A stretch of 64,000 nucleotides of DNA from contig JBHLRO010000003.1 in assembly GCA_048882505.1 (NCBI GenBank), positions 82,265 through 146,264 on the forward strand, given 5' to 3'. This stretch comes from Candidatus Thorarchaeota archaeon (GTDB taxonomy: Archaea > Asgardarchaeota > Heimdallarchaeia > Hodarchaeales > Hodarchaeaceae). A model generated the notes under the pieces. That model was not told the origin of the DNA and did not search any database. It saw only the letters and a program-made list of their open reading frames with translations. Position 1 is the first letter of the stretch. Each line of letters begins with the position of its first letter. A program made the position numbers and the translations under genes. Below, one piece after another: positions 8,789-18,831 of this stretch.

Positions 8789-10504
8789 ATGGTTTCCTTT
8801 AAAATTGCATATAGTGATGTTGTGTCAATGCTCCAGCTATCCGAGACCACTCCAATGGAGGAGCTGGACACCCTTTTTAGCTATTCTAAATGTGAGATAG
8901 AGGAGTATGATCTCTCCGACGATTATATCAAAGTTGACTGCAAAACTTCCAATCGTCCTGATCTATGGGGTGTTGAAGGGCTCACTCGAGAACTTGCTGG
9001 GATTTTAGGTTCGGAAAAAGGCCTTCCGGAACTGACCACAAAACCAAGTGGGTTTGTTTTGGAGGTAGATCCATCAATAAAGGAGGTACGTCCTTATATC
9101 GCCTGTTCAATTGTACGCGGTATTTCATTTACAGATTTCTTGATAAAACAACTAATCCAACTCCAGGAAAAAATAGATTTTTCCTTCGGTCGTAAACGAC
9201 GTAAGTCATCTATTGGAATCTATAACATAAATCTAGTAGAGAGTCCTATTTTTTACGGGCTCACGCCACGTACAACGTCCTTTGTACCCCTTGGCTACCA
9301 TGATGAGATGAATCTTTCTGAAATTTTGCTCAATCATGAAAAAGGTATTGAATATGGCCATATACTACCTGAAGAAGGTGATTTGCCAATTCTTCGTGGC
9401 GCCAATGGTGTAATATTGTCCCTACCACCGATTATAAACAGTAACGACGTGGGCCGGGTAAATGAGGAAACTACCGATGTTTTAATCGAGGTTACAGGAA
9501 CAAACCTTGAAGTCGTTCAGACTGTGACCAATATTGTAACGCAAGCGCTCAGAGATCGTGGGGGTGAGGTCTATAGTGTTGAAGTCAAGTATCCTCGGAA
9601 TCACGGTGAAGCCCCCCCGGTAATGATCTCGCCAGCAACTGTTCCTTTCGAGATTGAGGTTGACCCAAAGGAAATAGCGAGATACTTGGGTCTGAATCTC
9701 AAAAAAAAGGATATTAAAGGCCTTCTCCTAAAACGTCGCCTTGATGTCGCAGAACGGGGGAAATTATTGGTCGTTAAATATCCTCCATACAGAGTGGACA
9801 TTTTGCATTGGGTTGATGTCGCTGAAGAGGTTGCCATCGCTTACGGATATATGCAAATCCCGCCAAAGGATCTGGGATTTACTACAATTGGTAGAATATC
9901 ACCACGCAGCTCAAGTGAGAATTATGCACGGGAAATTCTTAGTTGTTGCGCTCTTCAAGAAATCTTGAGCTTTACGTTAACTTCTCCCGACTACCTCTCC
10001 ATAAAAATGGGTCATGATGACTCTATTCTGAGCAAATGCATTGAGGTAGCAAATCCCGTGAGCCAAACTTATTCGATGATCCGAAATAGACTCCTTCCAG
10101 GCTTACTAAGCTTCTTATCACGAAATACACACGTCGAATATCCACAACAGTTGTTCGAAGTTGGTGAAACAGTGACCCGTACCAAAAACGGGATCGAAAC
10201 CATTACAAAAGCAGCCGTTGCCCTTGCAGGAGCAGAAATATCTTTTGAAGATTGTCATAGTATATTAGATACGTTTATGACTCGTCTCGGAGTAAAATAC
10301 TCGATAATTTCTACCAAGGACTCTGAATTCTTACCTGGTAGAGCTGCCAAGATCGTTGTTGATGGACAGCAGGCGGGAATAATTGGAGAGATTTCGCCAG
10401 ATCTCTTGGAAAATTGGCAGATATTCGTACCTACGGTGTCCTTTGAACTTGATCTATCCGTTTTTAAACCTCTCTCCCTTCCGCCGCTTTTCACATATGA
10501 ATAA
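8789..10504 (+). CDS. pheT: Phenylalanine--tRNA ligase beta subunit, archaeal type
   Basis: The 571-aa protein sits immediately downstream of pheS. It has B3/4- and B5-like regions and no bacterial anticodon-binding C-terminus, which is the archaeal architecture. Confidence 0.88.
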   Translation: MVSFKIAYSDVVSMLQLSETTPMEELDTLFSYSKCEIEEYDLSDDYIKVDCKTSNRPDLWGVEGLTRELAGILGSEKGLPELTTKPSGFVLEVDPSIKEVRPYIACSIVRGISFTDFLIKQLIQLQEKIDFSFGRKRRKSSIGIYNINLVESPIFYGLTPRTTSFVPLGYHDEMNLSEILLNHEKGIEYGHILPEEGDLPILRGANGVILSLPPIINSNDVGRVNEETTDVLIEVTGTNLEVVQTVTNIVTQALRDRGGEVYSVEVKYPRNHGEAPPVMISPATVPFEIEVDPKEIARYLGLNLKKKDIKGLLLKRRLDVAERGKLLVVKYPPYRVDILHWVDVAEEVAIAYGYMQIPPKDLGFTTIGRISPRSSSENYAREILSCCALQEILSFTLTSPDYLSIKMGHDDSILSKCIEVANPVSQTYSMIRNRLLPGLLSFLSRNTHVEYPQQLFEVGETVTRTKNGIETITKAAVALAGAEISFEDCHSILDTFMTRLGVKYSIISTKDSEFLPGRAAKIVVDGQQAGIIGEISPDLLENWQIFVPTVSFELDLSVFKPLSLPPLFTYE

Positions 10505-10532
10505 GTGACTAATGACGTCTTGATTGAATTAG

Positions 10533-11219
10533 GTGTATTTTTTGGATTCCCTTCATGGTTTAAATCAAGTGGAGATCATTATATTTGATTTTGACGGGAC
10601 ACTTCATCGCAGCGAGGTTTTGAGTCTAAAGATATTTCAGGAATGTTTGGAGCGCATCAATAAAACTCATCATCTATTTGTACGAAGACCCTCTAATGAG
10701 GAGATCATTTCACAGTTTGGGAAACAAGCATCTGAAATATATCCTGACATTCTATCCACGTCAGACTCTGATATTATTGGTGAATTTGCAGGTTGTGTCG
10801 AGAGTGCAGAAATACAGGCATTCAATTCGGGAAAGGGAGAATTATATCCGCGTGTATTGGAAACCTTGGCTAAACTGAAAAAGCGAGGTTACAGATTGGC
10901 AATGTGTACTAATGGCCGAATTGATTACATTGAGGCCGCACTGTCTCGTTTCAACCTCTCATCCTATTTTGAAGAAATATTTGCGGCTGGATACTACCCT
11001 GGGAAAAATAAGGATTGGATGGTAAAGGAAATACTCAAAAGATTCGACCTAAAGAATTCAGGATTCGTGGTTGTTGGAGATCGAATCCATGACATTCAGG
11101 CAGCCAAAGTTAACGGGGGAATTTCAATTGGCTGCTCCTTTGGTTTTGGACATAATGAAGTAAGAGAAGCAGACTTGATCATTTCCACCTTTTCTGAACT
11201 CTTGGAGCTTTTCAAATAA
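10533..11219 (+). CDS. HAD-superfamily phosphatase (phosphoglycolate phosphatase-like)
   Basis: Motif I IIIFDFDGTL is near the N-terminus, a C-terminal GDRIHD aspartate motif is present, and the 228-aa size fits. Confidence 0.75.
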   Translation: MYFLDSLHGLNQVEIIIFDFDGTLHRSEVLSLKIFQECLERINKTHHLFVRRPSNEEIISQFGKQASEIYPDILSTSDSDIIGEFAGCVESAEIQAFNSGKGELYPRVLETLAKLKKRGYRLAMCTNGRIDYIEAALSRFNLSSYFEEIFAAGYYPGKNKDWMVKEILKRFDLKNSGFVVVGDRIHDIQAAKVNGGISIGCSFGFGHNEVREADLIISTFSELLELFK

Positions 11220-11279
11220 CATTACTATACTCTAATAAACCTGGAAGGGATATATGCCAAGTAATAGCAGATTTTCCTA

Positions 11280-11867
11280 ATGTCAAGCAGGACGCTTCTT
11301 TCTCTTACCAACAACCCTTGGTTTATAATTGGGATACAGAAATCCATTCATGCCATGGTTTTCTCATTAAAAGATACATTGGATATATTATCACGAACCT
11401 CTTCTATACTTAGGAATTTATTGGAAAATCTAGATGTCCAGTGGCTGAACTTCCGCAAACATGATGCAGCCTTCTCCCCAAAGGATGTAATTGGGCACCT
11501 TATATTGGGTGAAAAATACGACTGGATACCAAGAATGAGATTAATGTTAGATAATGATCCCCCAAAAAAATTTCTTCCTTTTGAACGTACAGGGTTTGAT
11601 ACAACTTTAGGATTGGAAGACTCTTTATCACAATTTGAAACATTAAGAGTTGCTAATCTGGAAATTTTGCAGAAAGAAGCGGGAGATAATGATCTCCTGA
11701 GAACTGGAATTCATCCCGAACTTGGTGAGGTGACTTTAGAACAGCATTTGGCAACGTGGGTTGTTCACGACTATACCCATATTTTTCAGATCATTGAGAC
11801 GTTGGCACTCCGATACAAACAGGTTGTAGGACCTTGGATCGAATACTTAAGGATTTTACAGTTATAA
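11280..11867 (+). CDS. DinB/YfiT-like (DinB_2) putative metal-dependent hydrolase
   Basis: His-rich motifs (VIGHLILGEKYDW, HLATWVVHDYTHIFQ) fit the DinB_2 His-triad four-helix bundle. Confidence 0.45.
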   Translation: MSSRTLLSLTNNPWFIIGIQKSIHAMVFSLKDTLDILSRTSSILRNLLENLDVQWLNFRKHDAAFSPKDVIGHLILGEKYDWIPRMRLMLDNDPPKKFLPFERTGFDTTLGLEDSLSQFETLRVANLEILQKEAGDNDLLRTGIHPELGEVTLEQHLATWVVHDYTHIFQIIETLALRYKQVVGPWIEYLRILQL

Positions 11868-12172
11868 AGGAATAAATCAATGGTTAAAAAACATTAATCA
11901 CGTATTGATACCGCCTAGCTTCCTTTCCTTCTCAATGGGCGTTAGAACCAAATTAGTTCGGGGAATTTCACCTGGGGATGAAATTACTGCGCTATTGAAT
12001 CCTTGCTTTTATTCCCTCCAAAGAACCAAGCTATAATGTAATTCAAAAATAAGACGATGTTTTTAAAAATGCGCCGGGACATGTAAGGGATGAAATTATC
12101 AAAATGTTTACTCCTATCACAGAGTGAACCAACAGATTTTTTCTATACTATCTAAGTAAAGTGTGATTAAAT

Positions 12173-12517
12173 ATGGGCATTGGTAAAGATACGGTAATTG
12201 AGTTTGTGAATTCAATAAATAACAGTGAAGAAATTCGTGGGATGCTCAAAAATTGGGAGAAAGTTGCTATGTATAAATTGGATGGTGAAGACGGTCCTTT
12301 TCATGTCCTCCATAAGGCAGATGGATCAGCTGAATTTGTCGAAGGTTCACATGAAAAACCCAGTTTTACCATAGTAGGACCTGGCCAAATTTGGGCTGAT
12401 ATTGCTGCAGGAAAAGAGGATGCGCAAAAAGCCTTTTTTGCAAAGAAATACAAAATCGAAGGGGACGTAATGGGGACAATGAAGCTCTTGCCTGTAATCA
12501 AAAAACTACAGAGTTAA
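12173..12517 (+). CDS. SCP2 sterol-carrier-like lipid-binding protein
   Basis: The 114-aa protein has an SCP2-like pattern (FTIVGPGQIWADIAAGKEDAQKAFFAKKYKIEGDVMGTMKL). It lies upstream of the thiolase and the HAD/ECH fusion. Confidence 0.6.
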   Translation: MGIGKDTVIEFVNSINNSEEIRGMLKNWEKVAMYKLDGEDGPFHVLHKADGSAEFVEGSHEKPSFTIVGPGQIWADIAAGKEDAQKAFFAKKYKIEGDVMGTMKLLPVIKKLQS

Positions 12518-12778
12518 GCCAGTTCTGAAGGAACGGTTTCACTCCAAATCTTTTTTTGTTTTATTTGCCAATCTATACTTTTTTGGCCGCACGAACAGAT
12601 TGGCCATGATAGCAGGAAATCCAGTCAGAGAAAACCTCGGGCAATTTTAATTTCATCCATTCTGAAATAATCACAATATAGCCCCAATTAAGTCATCCTC
12701 CAATTTAGGGCACAAGTTTTTATAATCTAATTCGTTAAGGTACTTCAAAGTTTAATATTGAAAGCGTAAATGCTTTTT

Positions 12779-12791
12779 TCTTTATATAAAC
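12779..12791 (+). promoter_or_regulatory. Candidate TATA box upstream of the thiolase gene
   Basis: CTTTATATAAACT lies about 75 nt upstream of the ATG at 12864. Confidence 0.2.
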
Positions 12792-12863
12792 TCCAAAAGT
12801 ACGTCTTCTAGGCAAACGAATGCAGAACCAAAGTTTTAGATGAATTAGAATAGGTGACATTAT

Positions 12864-14051
12864 ATGAAAGAAGTAGTAATTGCAGATTATCTGCGTACAC
12901 CGTTTTCACGCTCACGACCAAATCAACCTGAACGAGATAAACTCAACTCATTTCGTATGGATCAAATGGCAGGCAATTTGATCAAAACTATGGTCGAACG
13001 AAAGGGTGTCAATCCAAAGGAGATCGGTGACGTATTAATAGGCTGTGCTTTACAAGTAGGAGAACAATGGCTATACGGAGGCCGCGCCATAGTGGCCATG
13101 GCAGAATTACCAGAGACAGTGACAGCTCAAAGTATCGATCGTCAATGTGGCTCTTCTATGAATACAATTCACACGGGAGCCATGCAGATAATGACGGGAT
13201 ATTCCGATATCGTGATTTCTGCGGGACTTGAACATATGACGCACGTTCCAATGGCCAATAATCCCCACATGGATCCTCCAATGTTCTTGGCAAGTGAAGA
13301 TAAGTATGATCATTATGATTTTGCAACCGGTTTTGTTATGGGATTTACCGCGGAAAAGCTCTTTGAAAGAGCCGCTAAAAAGTTTGGATTAACGCGAGAG
13401 GATCTCGACCGGTATAGTCTTGAATCCCATGAGTTCGCAGCGAAAGCGCAAGACGAGGGATTCTTTAAAGACGAAATTTTGCCAATAAAAGTGAACGGGG
13501 AGATGTTCGACTTAGATGCCAGCGTCAGACGAGGGGGAACCATGGACGCAATGCAAAGCCTTAGTCCCGTATTTGATTTCGAAGGGGTGGTAACGGCGGG
13601 AAACTCCTCTCCATTAAATGCGGGGGCCTCAGCCATGATTCTCATGTCAAAAGAAAAGGCTAAGGAGTATGGAATTGAGCCTCTTGCAACCATAAAATCT
13701 ATGGGTTGGGCAGGCGTCAATCCTGGAATTATGGGACATGGACCTGTGCCTGCAAGTCAAAAAGCAGTAGAAAATGCGGGCTTACGAATCTCGGATATAG
13801 ACTATTGGGAAATCAATGAAGCATTTGCGGTTGTAGCTCTTAACGCCATCAAAGAATTGAACCTAGATAGAAACAGGGTTAACGTGAAAGGAGGAGCTAT
13901 TGCCTTAGGTCATCCTCTCGGTGCTACGGGAACACGTATTGTGGGAACTTTAGCTCGGATTCTTCATTGGGAGGATGGTCAATATGGCCTGTCGACTGCA
14001 TGCATCGGTGGAGGACAAGGAATAGCTACGGTTATCGAAAAAGGTAGCTGA
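12864..14051 (+). CDS. Acetyl-CoA acetyltransferase / 3-ketoacyl-CoA thiolase
   Basis: Thiolase signatures are present: DRQCGSS (active Cys), NEAFAV, GGAIALGHPLGATG and CIGGGQG. The protein is 395 aa. Confidence 0.85.
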   Translation: MKEVVIADYLRTPFSRSRPNQPERDKLNSFRMDQMAGNLIKTMVERKGVNPKEIGDVLIGCALQVGEQWLYGGRAIVAMAELPETVTAQSIDRQCGSSMNTIHTGAMQIMTGYSDIVISAGLEHMTHVPMANNPHMDPPMFLASEDKYDHYDFATGFVMGFTAEKLFERAAKKFGLTREDLDRYSLESHEFAAKAQDEGFFKDEILPIKVNGEMFDLDASVRRGGTMDAMQSLSPVFDFEGVVTAGNSSPLNAGASAMILMSKEKAKEYGIEPLATIKSMGWAGVNPGIMGHGPVPASQKAVENAGLRISDIDYWEINEAFAVVALNAIKELNLDRNRVNVKGGAIALGHPLGATGTRIVGTLARILHWEDGQYGLSTACIGGGQGIATVIEKGS

Positions 14052-14099
14052 TAATTTTCTTGGTTTGCGCGTGTAGGAAAAATCAAAGTACAATTAGAG

Positions 14100-16085
14100 G
14101 TGAAAAAAATGAATGTTGACGATATTAAGACTGTAGCAGTTGTTGGCGCGGGTGATATGGGTCACGGAATCGGCCAGGCCGCGCTAATGGCGGGCTTTAA
14201 AGTCAATTTATATGATATCGCAGACGAATTCGTTGAAAAAGGGAAATCACGAATTGATTGGAGTCTCAACAAGTTTGAGGAAAAAGGAAGAATCGCAAAA
14301 GGCGATCGAGACAAATTTATGGGAAACCTAAAAATAACTATAGATCTGGAAGAGGCGGTCAGTGATGCAGAATTGGTTATCGAAGCAGCGCCTGAAAATC
14401 TCGAGCTTAAGAAGAAAATATTCGGAAATTTAGATAAGTTCGCGCCAAAGAGTGCCATTCTAGCTTCTAATACTTCCAATATGAGTATCAATGAACTCGG
14501 AGCAGCCACGAGCCGACCTGAGAAGGTGGTTGGGATGCACTATTTCAATCCCGTAGTTCTAATGAATTTAATCGAAATAACTCGTGGTGAGAAGACTTCT
14601 GATGAAACGGTCGCTATACTTGTTGACGTTACAAAGAAGATGAAGAAAACTTCTATTATTTGCAAGAAGGATAGTCCCGGATTTATTGTAAATCGAATTG
14701 GAGCTCCAACCAGTCTATACCTGCAATTGTTGATTGATCGTGGCGAATACACCGTTGAACAGATAGATTCTGCGGCAAACCAGATGGGTTTACCCATGGG
14801 AGTTTTCCTGATGCTCGATAATTCAGGAGTAGACATTGGATATCATTCCATGAAATACTGGGCGGAACGCCTCCATCCGGATTATAAACCAACACCCACT
14901 CTAGAAAAAATGATTGAGGAAAACAAACTAGGGAAAAAAACAGGAGAAGGGTATTACAAGTGGCCTGAGGTTGGAAGGCCGACGATCGACACATCCGTTG
15001 AGTCAGATTTTGATCTAATGAATCTAATTAAGATCCAAATCAATGAAGCATCAAAAATTCTGGAAGAAGGACTTTGCTCTGCGGACGAAATAGATACGGG
15101 GATGAAACTGGGAATGAGTGCTTTTGGTCCTATAGAAATGGCCGAAGGACAGGATTTCAAAGAGTTGACAGAGTTCTTGGACGGTTTGGCGGAAAAATTT
15201 GGTACTGAAGTCTTTAAGGCTCATAAATATATTCGTGAAGGAACTTTGTTGGATATTGCAAAGGGTACGACGGCCAAACAAGAGAAGAAAGAAGATGAAT
15301 TTGAAACCATCCGTCTCGATCGGGATCCAGACAACTTTGTTACGACGATCTGGTTTGCTAGACCTTACCCAAACTTGATTAATGAACAAGTTTTAGATGA
15401 TCTATCCGCAGCCCTGGATTTACTTTGGAACGATAATAAAACACGAGTTATCGTGATTCGTGGTGAAAATCGTGTCTTTTCTGCAGGATTTGAACTTGAT
15501 ATTTCGAAATTCCTTGACGCAGACTCGTGGTTTGTCGTTAACATGGTTAGAAAAGGGCAATATACCTTTAAGAAATTGAGAGATATCCCGAAGGTCGTCA
15601 TTGCTGCCATGCAGAAATATTGTTTTGCAGGCGGTTTAGAGCTAGCTATGAGTTGTGATCTAAGAATTGCTTCTGAGAAAACCAAGATGGGATTAACAGA
15701 GGTCGGCCTTGGAATTATCCCAGGATGGGGAGGCACCCAGAACCTACGCCGACACATTGGCTTGGGTCGAACGATGGAAATGATATTAACTGCGAAACGA
15801 ATAGATGCAGAAGAGGCAGAAGAAATCGGACTCATTAATAAGGAAGTCGACGAGGAAGATTTCGAAGAATATGTCGATAAATATGCGAAAAAAGTGGCCA
15901 AATTGAGTGCCCCTATTTCAGTTGGGATAGCAAAGCGGTTAGTTAACCAAGCAGCAGAAGTTCCGATCGATATAGGACTTCAAATGGAATCACTAGGGGC
16001 TGGAATCGCATTCTTGACCGAAGATGCGAAAGAGGGAGTTATGTCAATGTTCCAGAAAAAGGAACCCGAGTTCCAAGGAAAATAA
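14100..16085 (+). CDS. Fused 3-hydroxyacyl-CoA dehydrogenase (N-terminal) / enoyl-CoA hydratase (C-terminal)
   Basis: An N-terminal Rossmann motif VAVVGAGDMGHGIGQ sits in a 3HCDH-like domain. The C-terminal crotonase fold carries FSAGFEL and AAMQKYCFAGGLELAMSCDLRIAS. The domain order is reversed relative to bacterial FadB. Confidence 0.85.
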   Translation: MKKMNVDDIKTVAVVGAGDMGHGIGQAALMAGFKVNLYDIADEFVEKGKSRIDWSLNKFEEKGRIAKGDRDKFMGNLKITIDLEEAVSDAELVIEAAPENLELKKKIFGNLDKFAPKSAILASNTSNMSINELGAATSRPEKVVGMHYFNPVVLMNLIEITRGEKTSDETVAILVDVTKKMKKTSIICKKDSPGFIVNRIGAPTSLYLQLLIDRGEYTVEQIDSAANQMGLPMGVFLMLDNSGVDIGYHSMKYWAERLHPDYKPTPTLEKMIEENKLGKKTGEGYYKWPEVGRPTIDTSVESDFDLMNLIKIQINEASKILEEGLCSADEIDTGMKLGMSAFGPIEMAEGQDFKELTEFLDGLAEKFGTEVFKAHKYIREGTLLDIAKGTTAKQEKKEDEFETIRLDRDPDNFVTTIWFARPYPNLINEQVLDDLSAALDLLWNDNKTRVIVIRGENRVFSAGFELDISKFLDADSWFVVNMVRKGQYTFKKLRDIPKVVIAAMQKYCFAGGLELAMSCDLRIASEKTKMGLTEVGLGIIPGWGGTQNLRRHIGLGRTMEMILTAKRIDAEEAEEIGLINKEVDEEDFEEYVDKYAKKVAKLSAPISVGIAKRLVNQAAEVPIDIGLQMESLGAGIAFLTEDAKEGVMSMFQKKEPEFQGK

Positions 16086-16107
16086 CTATTTTTTCCTTTT
16101 TCTTTTT

Positions 16108-18702
16108 TTATGTCCGAGTGCTCTGGATAAACGATCTTGTTTTTTTCATTTCTTTCTCCCACTTTTTTCTTTCAGAACGTAGCTGAAAAATGTCTACATC
16201 TTTATAGATCAAATCTTCCTTTTTAGGGGGAATGTTATATTCAGTTCTCTCCTTTTCAGGAGTATAGATGAAAGAATTACCAAACTCGGCAATATTGGCG
16301 AAGAAACAGTAGGCATAAATCGATCTTCGGGCATCGAAATGCGCCGCTTTGAAATCAGCGGTAACTGGTGTAAAAGCTGGATTAAAAATAATGTCTACTG
16401 GTGGATCGAAGTTTTTCAACTCTGCTCTGAAATCCAGATCAAGAAAATCGCGACAGATTAAGATTGCCATTCTTCCGTACTCTGTGTTGCATACAATGGT
16501 GGTTCTGGGAAATTTATCAACGGATATGCCCTCCTTGATCTTTTTTCCAGCAATATAAATGATTGCGGGGTGATGCTTCTCTTGCTCCCACAGCACACCT
16601 TTTGGGCCAAACGCAATACTTACATTTCGATTTGTCGTTTGATCATGAAAAGACCCAGGAATTATGTACATTCCATACATCTGAGCAGATTTTGAGATAT
16701 CCTCTCTTAACAACTTGCAATTAAGGTCGATGATAAGCTCGGGGAATAGCAAAATGTTGATCCCCTCCGAGACAGCCCTCTGTATTTTATTTTTGATGGA
16801 ATTTCTGATGAGTTCAACTTTTTCTTTCCGTATATTAAATAAACCAGGAATTTTTGAATAAAAGAGTTCGCTTACAATATCATCAGTTTCTGAGATTCCT
16901 ATTTGCGCTATTCCGATTCGACATTTTTGTTTCTGAGTTCTAGCATGAGTGTGATATAGATCCTTATAGATCAGTCTGAATCTTGTTACCGTTTTAAACT
17001 TATTTTCTAAGACATCATTTATGGCGTTCGAAATGTATTCACGGAGGTTTAAAAGCTCAATCCTTTCCTGTAATGTCGAATTACTGATAAATAGTTCTTT
17101 CCATTCATCTAATTGACCTATAAGTTCTTCTTGCTGAATTAATAATTTCGAATGTATCAGTCCCAATCCTTTATCTTCAGCGATCGCAAGCGCTTTTTCA
17201 AGTAATTTTTTCGATAGATCAGATTTGCCTTCAATTAATGCAAGTCTTGCTTGAAGGGAATATAAGCTGACCAAGGTTGTAATTGATCTTTGTTTGTTTG
17301 CTACATTGGAAATCTGATCTAATAATTGTTGTATATCTAATATAATTGCCTCTTCTCCGGAATATTTCAGTTCATCTAATAATAATTCACAGAGATTTAC
17401 TTTGATCATAAACTCAATTTCATAGTCAAATCTGTCTTCCTTGATTTCTTGCAGAATCTGTTGAGCTTGAAATTTATAGACTGCTCTTTTTTTCTCTTTT
17501 AAAACGAGTGCCTGAGCTAACTTTTTTACAACATCTAACCATGGCCACCTCTCTACGTATTCATCTAGCTTCTGCTGTGACACGTCAATTTTTTGTTCAT
17601 TGTGGAGTTCCACATATGCCATGATTAAGTATAAATGAAGGATGGCCAGCTCAAAATCCAAGAAAGTATTTCTGGATTTGCATATTGATTCGTGAACATC
17701 GATTGCTTTGTTGAAATATTCAATGGCCTTCTCTAGTTCACCTTGGTGATAATGAACAGCGCCCAAATACCGAAAGGTAACACAATAACCATGGGGAACA
17801 TCTCGAGATGAAGATGGAGAATAATCCTTTAGAGCTTTATCATAATACTGAATTCCTTTCCTGAAATTTCCTTTTCCTTGATGGACTGAACCCATAAGAG
17901 TTGAAACTTCAGAAAGACCTATTTCATGTTCCAAATCATCAAAGATCTCAAGACTTTCTTCAGCACATCGTAATGCTGTGTCTAATTCCCCTTTATAATA
18001 GTGGATGTAACCTAGGGAATAATTGGACCAAGCGATATACTTGGTATTTCCTATAGCTTTACTGATTTCCAATTGTCTCTGTATATAGTCTTGCGCTTCG
18101 TCTAAACTTCCTCTGGCCCTCAATATCCAGCCTATATTATTTAATTGATAATAAATACCTTGTTTATGATTGATTTCCCTAAACAAGTTCAAACTTCTCT
18201 TGAAAAAATCTAAGGCCTTATCGAATTCACCAATAGAAATTTGAAACCCCCCCTTAAATGCCAATAATTCTCCTTCCCATTCCCGTATTTTTTGCCTGTC
18301 AGAATCATTCATCCTCGATAAAATAATGTCACACAATTCGACTTCTTCTGTAATCTCAGAAAATCTCCTTAATTTGTACAAGGTTTGTATTTTCGCATTT
18401 CGTGCTCCAAATTCTTGAACAAGATTAAGTTGTTCCAGGCGGGAATTGAGAATTTTTTCTAAAATCGATAATGCACCATCGTAATCACGTCGTGTCCGAA
18501 ATATGAGGCTCTTAAGTACTTCTCCTTCAATTCGATCCTTCTTCTCGAGTGTTTCAATTCTTGAGAGAGCATCATCTAGTTTCTCATCTTGGATTAATTT
18601 CTGAATTTCTTCCAAGCTCATAAGGATCGCCTCACCTAAAAAGAATCGACCGTAAATAAACAATATTCCTATAGTAACCAAAAACATCTCAACCACTGCC
18701 AA
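16108..18702 (-). CDS. Membrane-anchored TPR-repeat protein fused to a C-terminal carbon-nitrogen hydrolase (nitrilase-superfamily) domain (paralog A)
   Basis: An N-terminal TM helix (MAVVEMFLVTIGILFIYGRFFLG) is followed by about 500 aa of TPR-like helical repeats. The C-terminal ~290 aa carry the CN-hydrolase motifs: RIGIAQIGIS, ILLFPEL (Glu), WEQEKHHPA (Lys, compare yRKxHLf) and AILICRDF (Cys). This domain is about 75% identical to the C-terminus of the 31001-34792 protein. Confidence 0.6.
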   Translation of the reverse strand: MAVVEMFLVTIGILFIYGRFFLGEAILMSLEEIQKLIQDEKLDDALSRIETLEKKDRIEGEVLKSLIFRTRRDYDGALSILEKILNSRLEQLNLVQEFGARNAKIQTLYKLRRFSEITEEVELCDIILSRMNDSDRQKIREWEGELLAFKGGFQISIGEFDKALDFFKRSLNLFREINHKQGIYYQLNNIGWILRARGSLDEAQDYIQRQLEISKAIGNTKYIAWSNYSLGYIHYYKGELDTALRCAEESLEIFDDLEHEIGLSEVSTLMGSVHQGKGNFRKGIQYYDKALKDYSPSSSRDVPHGYCVTFRYLGAVHYHQGELEKAIEYFNKAIDVHESICKSRNTFLDFELAILHLYLIMAYVELHNEQKIDVSQQKLDEYVERWPWLDVVKKLAQALVLKEKKRAVYKFQAQQILQEIKEDRFDYEIEFMIKVNLCELLLDELKYSGEEAIILDIQQLLDQISNVANKQRSITTLVSLYSLQARLALIEGKSDLSKKLLEKALAIAEDKGLGLIHSKLLIQQEELIGQLDEWKELFISNSTLQERIELLNLREYISNAINDVLENKFKTVTRFRLIYKDLYHTHARTQKQKCRIGIAQIGISETDDIVSELFYSKIPGLFNIRKEKVELIRNSIKNKIQRAVSEGINILLFPELIIDLNCKLLREDISKSAQMYGMYIIPGSFHDQTTNRNVSIAFGPKGVLWEQEKHHPAIIYIAGKKIKEGISVDKFPRTTIVCNTEYGRMAILICRDFLDLDFRAELKNFDPPVDIIFNPAFTPVTADFKAAHFDARRSIYAYCFFANIAEFGNSFIYTPEKERTEYNIPPKKEDLIYKDVDIFQLRSERKKWEKEMKKTRSFIQSTRT

Positions 18703-18831
18703 TTGTGGAATCCCAGCAGAATTTTCAAACCAGTAGAGTGAGAAAGATCCAACAGATCCTAACTTCCATTCCCTCTATTCATATCGTAAAAACAGCTATT
18801 TAACTGACGGGGTGAATTTCGAAGAGAGATC

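Noticed and set aside
7945-8871. Minus-strand ORFs of 83 and 111 aa and plus-strand ORF of 83 aa inside pheS
   Set aside because: They overlap the well-supported pheS frame and have no motifs.
14162-15901. Series of 68-178-aa minus-strand ORFs inside the HAD/ECH gene
   Set aside because: They are antisense shadows of a strongly supported 661-aa gene, and their translations are Ser/Ile-rich low complexity.
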